In this document: positions 9,464-18,470 of the stretch, in pieces
Position numbering within the stretch: position 1 is the stretch's first letter
How the letters are laid out: every line of letters starts with the position of its first letter
Source: a virus
Length of the DNA: 64,000 nucleotides
IMG/VR virus record: IMGVR_UViG_3300048834_001178
Span: 1 to 64,000 of that record
Reading direction: 5' to 3' (one strand)
The notes under the pieces: model-generated
What the model was told of the DNA's origin: nothing
Database searches by the model: none
What the model saw: only the letters and a program-made list of their open reading frames with translations
Made by a program: the position numbers and the translations under genes

Positions 9464-10989
9464 ATGGAGCCGCGACCTCCAAAACGCCCGGGCTGATCCG
9501 CTGCGCGATCTACACCCGCAAGAGCAGCGAGGAGGGCCTCGAGCAGGAGTTCAACTCGCTCGACGCCCAGCGCGAGAGCGGCGAGCTCTACGTCAGCAGC
9601 CAGCGGTCCGAAGGGTGGGTGTGTCTGCCCGACCGCTACGACGACGGCGGGTACACCGGCGGCAACATGGAGCGGCCGGGCCTGAAGCAGCTCATGGCCG
9701 ACATCGACGCGGGCAAGGTCGACTGCGTGGTCGTCTACAAGGTCGACCGCCTGAGCCGCTCGCTGCTGGACTTCGCCCGGATCATGGAGGTCTTCGACCG
9801 CAAGAAGGTCTCGTTTGTCAGCGTCACCCAGCAGTTCAACACCACCCACTCGATGGGACGCCTGACGCTAAACATCCTGCTGTCGTTCGCGCAGTTCGAG
9901 CGTGAGATCATCTCGGAGCGCACGCGGGACAAGATCGCGGCCACTCGGCGCAAGGGCAAGTGGTTCGGCGGCAAGCCCATCCTCGGGTACGACGTGGTGG
10001 GCGGGAAGCTCATCGTCAACCGCGACGAGGCCTTCCGGGTGCGGGAGCTCTTCGCGATCTACATCGAGACGCGTTCGGTCCGCGCGACGACCGAGGAGGC
10101 GCTCAAGCGCGGGTGGACGACCAAGAGCTGGACCCAGAAGGACGGGACCAAAGTCGGCGGCCTGCCGCTGACCAACCCCTACGTCCACCGCATTCTGACC
10201 AACGTCTCCTACCTCGGCAAGGTGCAGCACCACGACCAGTTGTTCGAGGGCGAGCACGAGGGAATCATCGAGCCGGCGCTGTGGAAGCGGGCGGCGACGA
10301 TCCTGGAGGCCAACGGGCGCGACAAGGGAAGCGATGTCCGCAACGCCCACCACGGGCTGCTCAAGGGCCTCGTGCGGTGCCGCAATTGCGACAAGCCCAT
10401 GTCGCACACCTTCACGACCAAGGCTGGTAAGCGCACGTACCGCTACTACGCGTGCCACGCGGCCCAGAGCCGGGGCTACCACACCTGCCCGTCCAAGTCG
10501 ATTCCCGCCGAGCCGCTCGAGTCGTTCGTGGTCGAGCGGCTGCGGGCGCTCGGCCGCGACCGGGAACTGGTGGGCGTGATTCTCGAACGCGCCCGGGCCC
10601 ACTCGCGCGAGCTCACGGAGCAGCTCGAGGACAGGCGTGCCACGCTGCAGCGGGAGCTCCGATGGCTCGCGAGCGACGAGCGCCGCGCCGGGGCCTCCAG
10701 CGACACCGACCGACTCGCGGAGGTGGCGGAGCGCTCGCGTCAGATCGGCGAGCAGATCCGTGAGATAGACGAGGAACTGGCCGACGCCGCGAAGAACGAG
10801 CTGCGGCGTGACCAGGTCGACGCGGCGTTCGCGGAGTTCCAGCCGCTGTGGGACCAGCTCAGCACGCGCGAGCGCGCCGAACTGCTCCGCTCGCTGATCA
10901 AGGCCGTCGAGTACGACGGCAAGGCCGGCGAGGTGACGCTGGTCTTCCATCCCGAATCGTCCCGCCTCGCCGTGGAGTGCAAGCCATGA
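9460..10989 (+). CDS. Large serine recombinase (integrase)
   Basis: AIYTRKS, YKVDRLSRS, FAQFERE, recombinase domain, Zn ribbon (CRNC..YYAC..C), coiled coil; ATGA overlap at start. Confidence 0.95.
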   Translation: MNGAATSKTPGLIRCAIYTRKSSEEGLEQEFNSLDAQRESGELYVSSQRSEGWVCLPDRYDDGGYTGGNMERPGLKQLMADIDAGKVDCVVVYKVDRLSRSLLDFARIMEVFDRKKVSFVSVTQQFNTTHSMGRLTLNILLSFAQFEREIISERTRDKIAATRRKGKWFGGKPILGYDVVGGKLIVNRDEAFRVRELFAIYIETRSVRATTEEALKRGWTTKSWTQKDGTKVGGLPLTNPYVHRILTNVSYLGKVQHHDQLFEGEHEGIIEPALWKRAATILEANGRDKGSDVRNAHHGLLKGLVRCRNCDKPMSHTFTTKAGKRTYRYYACHAAQSRGYHTCPSKSIPAEPLESFVVERLRALGRDRELVGVILERARAHSRELTEQLEDRRATLQRELRWLASDERRAGASSDTDRLAEVAERSRQIGEQIREIDEELADAAKNELRRDQVDAAFAEFQPLWDQLSTRERAELLRSLIKAVEYDGKAGEVTLVFHPESSRLAVECKP

Positions 10990-11477
10990 GCCTTCCGGAT
11001 CGCGCCACGTTCAAGGTCCGCTTCGAGACCGGCGTCAACACGAGCCGCACGATGCGCGTCGGCAACCCACCGATCCCAGTTTCGAAGCCCGCCACGATCC
11101 GGTCGCCTCGGCGGGTGCCGCGCGTGGCCAAGCTCATGGCGCTGGCGCTCCGCTTTGACTGGCTCGTGCGGAGCGGGCAGGTGAAGGACTTCGCCGAGAT
11201 CGCGCGGCTCGGCCACGTCACCCGCGGGCGGCTCAGCCAGATCATGGACCTGGTCAATCTCGCGCCCGACATCCAGGAGCAACTGCTCTTCCTCGCGCCA
11301 CCCGAGATCGGCAAGGATCGGATCACCGAGAAGCAGCTGCGGCCAGTCACCCGGCAGCCGGACTGGGCTACCCAGCGGCGGCTCTGGCGGGCGCTCAATC
11401 GGACTGACGACATGGTGTCAGGCCCTGCGCCGGACGGCGTGGTGGCGATGCGGGCGAAGGCCGCGCAAGCCAAGTAA
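10986..11477 (+). CDS. Recombinase-associated HTH-like protein (possible accessory or directionality factor)
   Basis: EIARLGHVTRGRLSQIMDLVNLAPDIQE; coupled to the recombinase stop. Confidence 0.65.
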   Translation: MSLPDRATFKVRFETGVNTSRTMRVGNPPIPVSKPATIRSPRRVPRVAKLMALALRFDWLVRSGQVKDFAEIARLGHVTRGRLSQIMDLVNLAPDIQEQLLFLAPPEIGKDRITEKQLRPVTRQPDWATQRRLWRALNRTDDMVSGPAPDGVVAMRAKAAQAK

Positions 11478-11615
11478 CTGTCGGATGTTGTGGACGCGTT
11501 CAGGATTCTCTGTCGGACCCTGACAAATACCGGCCTTGCCACATCGTTTGGGATACACTCGGGTTAACTGCCCCGGGTGGAGACCGGGGCTTTCTCGTAG
11601 GCGGAGGCCCGGTAC

Positions 11616-12791
11616 ATGAGCAGCCTGTTGTTCCGAAGGTTCACAAGCGCGTACGCGCTGCGGGAGGTCGACCCCGCCGTCCTGATCGACTTCCTGCGGC
11701 CGCACGCCGCCTTCCTCGCCGCGAGCGGCGTGATGCTGCCGACCGACCCCGCGCACCTCGACGTCGAGCGTGTTGAGATCGCGCTGCTCAGCAACATCGG
11801 CGGACTGCCGGTGGAGTTGGTCGACGCCCTTTGGCATCTGCACGAGATGGCCACGCCCTTGGGCATGGAGTCGCTGCAGGCCGCCGCCGAGGTTGCGGGC
11901 ATCGCGCTTCCGGACGACCACGCGTCGCCGGCGGACATCGCGGCGCGCGTCTGGGTCGAGAACCCCGATCTGGTCCGACGTTGCCACACCGAGATCTCGG
12001 TTTCGCGCCGGCGCTCCTTCGAGACGTTTGTCCCCGCTGCCGGCGCATCGCTAGTATGGGCCACGCCGGGCGACGAGCGGCTCGCGGCGCTGGAGGCGGG
12101 CGTCGTCGCCTGGTACGCGGCCCGTCGTCGCGGGCCGGGGGCGCGGGTGCTCTTCTTCGACCACGGGGACGAGGTGCGCTTCCTCGTGCGGCACGGCGGC
12201 CCCTACCGCCGCGAAGGCAGCCTCGACGACGGCAAGCCGGGGTGCGTGCGCTACCGGCCTATGGCCCACGGGCTGATCGTCTTCGACCGCCGGACGTGGG
12301 AGCTGCGAATCAATGCGGCGACCAAAGGCGAGTGCGCCGCGTACCGCCAACTCGTCGGCCAGCACATCTTCGGCCGGGCCGACTTCTTCCCCGCCGACCA
12401 GGAGCGGTACGACCTCGAGCCGCTCCGAGCCCGCGGCCGGAATAGTCTCGCGTGCAAGCACATCACCGGGCTGGCGTCGGTGCGACTGATCGAGCTGGTC
12501 ATGTACGTGGGCGGCCCGTTCCACCGGCGGAAAGTCGAGAAGGCCGACGACGTTCTGCTGGCGCTGGAGCACGCCCGCGAGTCGATCCCCGATGACGCGA
12601 TGCTCAGCGCCGCCACGTTCGAAGTGCGATTCACCGACGGCCGCAAGCCCAGGCCGGTCACAATCCGGCACGGCAACCGCGCGACGTACACCCGGGACAC
12701 CGATGCCGATCTCATCGAGGCGTTCCTGCGTGGCGCGGGCTTCGTGTTGGGGGGGAAGGGAGGCGACCATGCGCGTGTGGCAGTCGCTTGA
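11616..12791 (+). CDS. Hypothetical protein
   Basis: 391-aa ORF with protein-like composition, coupled to the next gene. Confidence 0.75.
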   Translation: MSSLLFRRFTSAYALREVDPAVLIDFLRPHAAFLAASGVMLPTDPAHLDVERVEIALLSNIGGLPVELVDALWHLHEMATPLGMESLQAAAEVAGIALPDDHASPADIAARVWVENPDLVRRCHTEISVSRRRSFETFVPAAGASLVWATPGDERLAALEAGVVAWYAARRRGPGARVLFFDHGDEVRFLVRHGGPYRREGSLDDGKPGCVRYRPMAHGLIVFDRRTWELRINAATKGECAAYRQLVGQHIFGRADFFPADQERYDLEPLRARGRNSLACKHITGLASVRLIELVMYVGGPFHRRKVEKADDVLLALEHARESIPDDAMLSAATFEVRFTDGRKPRPVTIRHGNRATYTRDTDADLIEAFLRGAGFVLGGKGGDHARVAVA

Positions 12792-13794
12792 GCGGGTGCA
12801 GGGCTGGGCCGGCGTGCGCTCGGTCTGGCGCGAGCACATGGGAGACGAGCTCCAGTTCCTCCAGCCGCTGCTGCGGCCGATGGAGGAGCTGGCCATGTCC
12901 GTGCCGTGGCCGGGTACGATCGAAGGGCGGAAGATCGTGGTCCACGACGAGGACGACATCGTCGCGGTCGACCCCGAGACGTGCGAGTCCGCGCCGATCC
13001 GCCGCGAGGACATCGTGCTGTGGCAGCTCGACGCGGACACGCTTTTCCGGGGCGTAGCAACGGCGCTGGGGCTGACGGGAACGCCATCCTCAGTCGGCAT
13101 GGGCAACAGGCTGTGGTGGCTGGGCGACTACGTGCCAGTCGAGGGCGAGCGGTTCCCGGTGTACCTCGCGACAACCCGGGACGCGCAGTCGTTGCTCCGC
13201 AGCGCCGGACACATCTCAGCGCTCTCGCAGCGGCCGTTTGTTCTCGTCACGCCCACGCGGGCCGGCGCGAGCGAAGAACTCAACCGTGTTGTCGAGGGGC
13301 GGTCATCGGCGTGGATCACGCTCGTCGAATCGCTGACGTGGCAGGGCGAGGGCGTGTTCGAGCCCAAGCCATCGCTCGAGCAAGCGATGGCCACCTTCGC
13401 GGGTCGCCACATCAAGGTTGCTGCTGCGCGGTCCGACACACCGAGGTTCGCCACGCCCGCGGGGGCGCGATGGTCCGATGTGCGGATCCGATTCACTGAT
13501 GCGCACACGGTGTCCGTGAGCGTCAAGACTCAGACCGGGGTCTTTGATTTTGCCTCGATGGGTATGGGCGTGGCCAGAACCCGCAAGCCTGACGTCCAGT
13601 GGGCGTTGCTCTACGCGTTCGCCAAGGGCCGGGGAACCCTGGACTGGCGGAGCCCGGAGGCGTCTCCGAAGAACCAGAAACGCCGCGAACGGCTCGCCGA
13701 GAAGCTTCAGGCGTTCTTCGGCATCGCCGGCGACCCGATCCGGATCGAAGGCAACGGTTGGGCGACGCTGTTCCACACCGAGACCGACCACTGA
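12769..13794 (+). CDS. Hypothetical protein with possible C-terminal winged-helix domain
   Basis: RBS GGGAGG before ATG; C-terminal QWALL..F...RERLAEKLQAFFGI...GW. Confidence 0.65.
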   Translation: MRVWQSLERVQGWAGVRSVWREHMGDELQFLQPLLRPMEELAMSVPWPGTIEGRKIVVHDEDDIVAVDPETCESAPIRREDIVLWQLDADTLFRGVATALGLTGTPSSVGMGNRLWWLGDYVPVEGERFPVYLATTRDAQSLLRSAGHISALSQRPFVLVTPTRAGASEELNRVVEGRSSAWITLVESLTWQGEGVFEPKPSLEQAMATFAGRHIKVAAARSDTPRFATPAGARWSDVRIRFTDAHTVSVSVKTQTGVFDFASMGMGVARTRKPDVQWALLYAFAKGRGTLDWRSPEASPKNQKRRERLAEKLQAFFGIAGDPIRIEGNGWATLFHTETDH

Positions 13795-13940
13795 CGCCAT
13801 CGACATGTCGATGACGCCCTGGCGGTTTTCTCAAGATTCTTTCCGCTGCCCACGAACGCGCAACCCGCTGATTCTCAGCGGGTTGCTTCGCTTTGTAGGG
13901 GAGCCAGCGACCTGAATCTCCCGTCGCCATCGACAAGTCG
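13795..13940. promoter_or_regulatory. Operator-like repeats and hairpin upstream of sigma gene
   Basis: CGCCATCGACA(T/A)GTCG at 13795 and 13925; 12-bp stem GCAACCCGCTGA/TCAGCGGGTTGC at 13860-13886. Confidence 0.55.
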
Positions 13941-14046
13941 CCAGTCGGGGACGACAGGCCCGCATCCCACGAAACCGCCCCGGTGAGCTCAACGCCGGAC
14001 CTGTCGCTCCCCGGGGCCTTCTGGCCATGCCAGGAAGGTCCGGCCC

Positions 14047-14568
14047 ATGTCCACCCGCGCCATCGATCCATCCACCCTCAAGTTCGCCAAGACGCTCGTT
14101 CGCATCAAGGCCAAGCAACTCCTCCGCGTCATCCGCGACGCCGCGACCGGCAGCCAGCAGGACCTGGAGCAGGATCTCCTGCTGGAGGTGGTTGTCCGCT
14201 GGCCCGGCTTTGATCCCAATCGCGGCAACGCCGAAGCGTTTGTCGAGAGCGTCGTCCGCGCCAAGCTCTGCAAGATGCTCCGCGATGCCAAGCGGGCCAA
14301 GCGGGTTCCGGGCCCGACCGTCAGCGCCGACGGCAGCAACGCGATCGATCCCGCCGACGATCTCCGCGTTCTGTGCATCCGCATGGATGTCGAGACCGTC
14401 ATCGGCACGCTCGACGCCGTGAAGCGCAGCGTGTGCGATCAGCTGCTCCGCGAGTCGGTGACCGAGGCCGCGCGCCAGCTTCGCACGCCCCGATCCACGC
14501 TGGAGTACGCGGTGAACAGCGTCCGCGATCGCTTCGAGAAATCAGATGTTGATCAGTATTTCTCGTGA
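14047..14568 (+). CDS. ECF-like sigma-70 family factor
   Basis: Region 2-like DLEQDLLLEV..RWPGFDPNRG...FV; region 4 HTH SVTEAARQLRTPRSTL. Confidence 0.75.
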   Translation: MSTRAIDPSTLKFAKTLVRIKAKQLLRVIRDAATGSQQDLEQDLLLEVVVRWPGFDPNRGNAEAFVESVVRAKLCKMLRDAKRAKRVPGPTVSADGSNAIDPADDLRVLCIRMDVETVIGTLDAVKRSVCDQLLRESVTEAARQLRTPRSTLEYAVNSVRDRFEKSDVDQYFS

Positions 14569-14600
14569 ACACGCCCCGCGACGGGTTAGGTGCTCTATGG
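14563..14600 (+). promoter_or_regulatory. Bipartite motif, copy 2 (upstream of replication operon)
   Basis: TCGTGA-N12-ACGGGTTAGGTGCTCTATGG. Confidence 0.75.
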
Positions 14601-14639
14601 CAGCACCGCGTTCCTTGCCGCCCCACCTCGGAGATCACC

Positions 14640-14972
14640 GTGAACACCACGCCCCGCACTGTCTACCGATTCGAGTTCGTGCACCGCGTCGACATCGACG
14701 AGGTCGAGCAGACCCTCGCTCTGTCCATTCTGGCCGTCGGGTGCCTGCAGGGCGAGGCCGCCGTTCGCCTGGACGCGGGCTACGCCATCGACCGCGACCG
14801 CCGCGTGATCGTCGTTGACGGCGACACGGAGACCGGGCGGGCGGTGACCCGCGTCTTCACCGGCTTCTGCATCCACGAGTACGGCGACGACGCCTTCAGC
14901 GTGCGACGGCCCGGCGACAAGAGCCCGCGCGGCGGAGCGGCAGCCCAAGTGGCCGCGAGCGCCGTCGCGTGA
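14640..14972 (+). CDS. Hypothetical phage protein
   Basis: GGAG RBS and GTG start; protein-like ORF (EGEAAVRLDA-type motif QGEAAVRLDA). Confidence 0.65.
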   Translation: MNTTPRTVYRFEFVHRVDIDEVEQTLALSILAVGCLQGEAAVRLDAGYAIDRDRRVIVVDGDTETGRAVTRVFTGFCIHEYGDDAFSVRRPGDKSPRGGAAAQVAASAVA

Positions 14973-15070
14973 CTCGCTACCTCCCGCTCATCCGCCTTGG
15001 CCAGGGCGCGTTCACCCGCGAGATCTGGCCCCACGACCTCGATCCCTCACTCCCAAAACACGGAGAACCC

Positions 15071-15895
15071 ATGCCCGTAACCGCAACCGCCAATCCCCAC
15101 ACCCTCATGAACCAGATCAGCAAGGGCCGCAAGGCCCGCCCCCGCCGCGTCATGTTGTACGGAACACACGGCATTGGCAAGAGCACCTTCGGCGCGATGG
15201 CCGAGAAGCCCATCTTCGTTCCGACCGAGGACGGCCTGGCCGACATCGACTGCGAGTCGTTCCCGCTGGCCCGCAGCCTCGGCGAAGTCATGGCGGCTCT
15301 TGAGTCGCTGTACTCGGGTGACCACGACTACCGCACCGTCGTCATCGACAGTCTGGACTGGCTCGAGCGCCTGATCTGGACCGAGGTGTGCGCCGACGAG
15401 AACGTCGAGAACATCGAGAAGATCGGCTACGCCAAGGGCTTCTCGTTCGCCATCGACAAGTGGCGTTCGGTGCTCGGCGCGCTCGACGCGCTTCGCAGTG
15501 ATCGAGGCATGACCGTCGTGCTCATCGCCCACGCGAAGATCGAGAAGTTCGAGAACCCCGAGACCGTGCCGTACGACCGCTACTCGCCGCGACTGCACAA
15601 GCTCGCGTCCGCGCTTGTGCAGGAGTGGGCCGACGAGGTGCTCTTCGCCACATACAAGGTCCACACCGTCAAGGTCGACGAAGGTTTCAACAAGGCCAAG
15701 CACAACGGCGTCTCCACCGGCGAGCGGATCATCCGCACCGTCGAGCGGCCGGCGCACGTCGCCAAGAACCGGCTGGGTCTGCCCGAGGAGATCCCGCTCG
15801 ACTACCGCGTCTACGGCGCGTTTGCCCGGGGCGAGAACCCGTTCGCCGAGGCGTCTGCACCTGCCCCCACCTCCGACACCGCCGGCGCGGCCTGA
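15071..15895 (+). CDS. AAA_24/Sak4-like ATPase
   Basis: LYGTHGIGKST, VVIDSLDWLE, LIAH, AKNR; followed by an SSB-like gene. Confidence 0.85.
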   Translation: MPVTATANPHTLMNQISKGRKARPRRVMLYGTHGIGKSTFGAMAEKPIFVPTEDGLADIDCESFPLARSLGEVMAALESLYSGDHDYRTVVIDSLDWLERLIWTEVCADENVENIEKIGYAKGFSFAIDKWRSVLGALDALRSDRGMTVVLIAHAKIEKFENPETVPYDRYSPRLHKLASALVQEWADEVLFATYKVHTVKVDEGFNKAKHNGVSTGERIIRTVERPAHVAKNRLGLPEEIPLDYRVYGAFARGENPFAEASAPAPTSDTAGAA

Positions 15896-15954
15896 GCGCC
15901 GTTGCCGTTGTCCATCCCTCATCCGTCCATCACCACTCGCAAAGGAACTGACTC

Positions 15955-16425
15955 ATGGCCACGCTGAACAACTTCGACGCCAACCAGGTCGACCCGTCCG
16001 TCGCGCTCGATCCACTCCCCGCGGGCAAGTACCTCGCCGTCATCTCCGAGTCGGAGCTCAAGCCGACGAAGACCGGGGGCGGCAAGTACCTGCAGCTGAC
16101 CTTCCAGATCATCGACGGCGAGTTCAAGGGCCGCCTGGTCTGGGCCCGTCTGAACCTCGAGAACAAGAGCGAGATGACGGTCAAGATCGCGCGCGGCGAG
16201 CTCTCGGCCATCTGCCGCGCCATCGGCGTGATGCAGCCGAAGGACTCGGTCGAGCTGCACAACGTCCCGCTGGAGATCAACGTCGGGCTGAAGAAGCGCG
16301 ACGACAACGGCGAGTTCACCAACGTCATCAAGGGCTACGCCAAGAAGGGCGGGAGCGGGTCGCCGGTGAGCGGTCGCGCTCCTGTCGGCGTCGGGCCGGG
16401 AGGGACGCCCCCCTGGAAGCGCTAA
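15955..16425 (+). CDS. DUF669 single-stranded DNA-binding-like protein
   Basis: PLPAGKY, GKYLQLTFQI, N.IKGY, C-terminal PPWKR. Confidence 0.85.
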   Translation: MATLNNFDANQVDPSVALDPLPAGKYLAVISESELKPTKTGGGKYLQLTFQIIDGEFKGRLVWARLNLENKSEMTVKIARGELSAICRAIGVMQPKDSVELHNVPLEINVGLKKRDDNGEFTNVIKGYAKKGGSGSPVSGRAPVGVGPGGTPPWKR

Positions 16426-16829
16426 GCCACCCAAGCCCACATGGTCGTGTCCTCGAGCTCCCGTACCCGCCCAGCGTGAACCACATCTGGCGGCGGATGG
16501 GCTCCAGGACCGTGCTGAGCCGCGAAGGGCGGCGCTACCGCGTACGCGTGTGCGCCGCCCTCGCGGTGATGGCGGGTGGGCGGGTGGTGCGGATGAACGG
16601 GCGGCTGGAGGTGCGTGTCACCGTCTGCCCGCCCGACAACCGCCGACGCGACCTGGACAACGTGCAAAAGGCCCTACTGGACGCGCTGGCCAAGGGCGGG
16701 GCGTACCGCGACGACTCGCAGATCGATCGGCTGGTGGTGGAACGCGGCCCGGTGACGCCGGGCGGCAAGGTGCTGGTGGTGATCGGGCCCATCGCTCACC
16801 CGGGATTGGAGACCGAGCATGAGCATTGA
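16413..16829 (+). CDS. rusA: RusA-like Holliday junction resolvase (start codon unclear)
   Basis: LPYPPSVNHIWR, PPDNRRRDLDNVQKALLDAL, DDSQI. Confidence 0.85.
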   Translation: MEALSHPSPHGRVLELPYPPSVNHIWRRMGSRTVLSREGRRYRVRVCAALAVMAGGRVVRMNGRLEVRVTVCPPDNRRRDLDNVQKALLDALAKGGAYRDDSQIDRLVVERGPVTPGGKVLVVIGPIAHPGLETEHEH

Positions 16830-17574
16830 AGAACTGAGCCTTACGAGCCTCAAGATCAACGGCGGCACGCAGCTGCGGGAAGCGATCTCGGAGGAGACAG
16901 TGTCCGAGTACGCCGACGCACTGCGCGATGGCGCGGTCTTCCCGCCCGTGGTGGTGGTCCGTGACGGCGCGAGTCTGTGGCTGGTCGACGGCTTCCACCG
17001 GTTCCACGCCCACCGGCGCTGCGGGCGAGAGACGATCGCCGCGGACGTGCGCGAGGGCACGCTGCGCGACGCGGTGCTGCACTCGCTGTCGGCAAACGTC
17101 GAGCACGGGCTGCGACGGACCAACGCCGACAAGCGCAAGGCCGTGCTGACCATGCTGACCAACAAGCTGGTCGCGACGGACGACCGCGGGAACCCGTGGT
17201 CCAATCGAGAAGTCGCGCGGAGGTGCAGTGTCAGTCTTGATCTCGTGAACCGCGTTCGAGACTCACTGAACGAATCGTTCAGTGAGCCAATGCAGACCGA
17301 CCGCGCGTACACCACCAAGCACGGCACCACCGCCGTCATGAAGACCCGGAACATTGGTCGCCGTGACGCTGCTGTCCCCAAGCCGCGCGGCGGCCTCGCT
17401 CCGACCGCGATGACGCCCGTCCGCGGGCACTCCACCCCGACCAAGAAGACGGCCATCGAGCTGCCCCACGACCCGCGGTGGGCGGCCCGCAGCCTGCTGA
17501 GCACGTTGGGCGCGGCGTTCGTCCGCGCCCTGATCCCCGAACTCACCCAATGCCTTGAAGGAGACGCCGAATGA
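16819..17574 (+). CDS. ParB/Srx-like N-terminal domain protein with HTH
   Basis: PPVVV...LVDGFHR; NVEHGLRR; WSNREVARRCSVS. Confidence 0.75.
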   Translation: MSIEELSLTSLKINGGTQLREAISEETVSEYADALRDGAVFPPVVVVRDGASLWLVDGFHRFHAHRRCGRETIAADVREGTLRDAVLHSLSANVEHGLRRTNADKRKAVLTMLTNKLVATDDRGNPWSNREVARRCSVSLDLVNRVRDSLNESFSEPMQTDRAYTTKHGTTAVMKTRNIGRRDAAVPKPRGGLAPTAMTPVRGHSTPTKKTAIELPHDPRWAARSLLSTLGAAFVRALIPELTQCLEGDAE

Positions 17575-18470
17575 CCACGATGACCCCGCGATTCACCCTG
17601 AACGGTACCGCCGTCGCTGACACCGCTGTCGAGCGGGCCCGGCGCGCCTCACGCAACGCCACGCTTCCCCCTTCCGGCCCCGGGCCGACGGTCACCCGCG
17701 TGCTGGTGACCCCCGCGATGGCGATGGACTGGCTCGACAACGCCAACACCAGCAACCGCAAGGTCAGCGATGCGCACGTCCAGCGACTCGCCCGCGACAT
17801 GTCTAGCGGCGAGTGGAAGCTGACGCACGAGGGCATCGCCTTCGACCCCAGCGGCATCCTGCTCGACGGCCAGCACCGGCTCTGGGCGGTGGTGATGTCC
17901 GAGACGTCCGTCGAGATGCACGTGTGGCGCAACGTCACCCGCGAGGCGCTGATGGCGATCGACTGCGGGAAGCCCCGCACGCTCTGCGACGTCCTGCGCC
18001 TCAGCGGTGGTCACGGTGATGTGGGCACGACCGACATGGCGGTGCTCCGCGCCATGCTCGGCGGGCTCGCCGGGCCCGTCGCCCTCACGTCCTCCCAGGC
18101 GGCCGACGCGCTGGGCAAGCACGCCGCTGCGGTCAAGTTCGCGGTCGAGGCGCTGCCGCGCGTGCGCGCGATTGCGTGTGCCTCGACCCGGGCCGTCATC
18201 GGACGGGCGTACTACTCGTGCGATCACGACCGGCTCCGCGACTTTGCGCGGATGCTCGGCACGGGCGTGGTGCCCGAGGGCGGGTCTGTGGCCGTGGTGC
18301 TGCTCCGCCAGTTCCTGTGCGAGAAGGCGGGACACTCGCGGCAGGCCGGGCACGAGCGGTACACCAAGACGCAGCGGGCCCTCGTCGCGTTCCTCAAGGG
18401 TGAGCCGATCTCCCGTCTGTACGCGGCGACCCAAGAGCACTTCCCCCTGCCCGAGGAGGTGGCGCGCTGA
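17571..18470 (+). CDS. ParB-like (DGQHR motif) protein
   Basis: NRKVS..HV..LARDM..GEW, LLDGQHRLWAVV. Confidence 0.65.
   Translation: MTTMTPRFTLNGTAVADTAVERARRASRNATLPPSGPGPTVTRVLVTPAMAMDWLDNANTSNRKVSDAHVQRLARDMSSGEWKLTHEGIAFDPSGILLDGQHRLWAVVMSETSVEMHVWRNVTREALMAIDCGKPRTLCDVLRLSGGHGDVGTTDMAVLRAMLGGLAGPVALTSSQAADALGKHAAAVKFAVEALPRVRAIACASTRAVIGRAYYSCDHDRLRDFARMLGTGVVPEGGSVAVVLLRQFLCEKAGHSRQAGHERYTKTQRALVAFLKGEPISRLYAATQEHFPLPEEVAR

Noticed and set aside
11541-11570. Fifth copy of the bipartite promoter motif (TCGGGTTAACTG)
   Set aside because: Downstream half is similar, but the upstream TCG box is 9 nt away rather than 12
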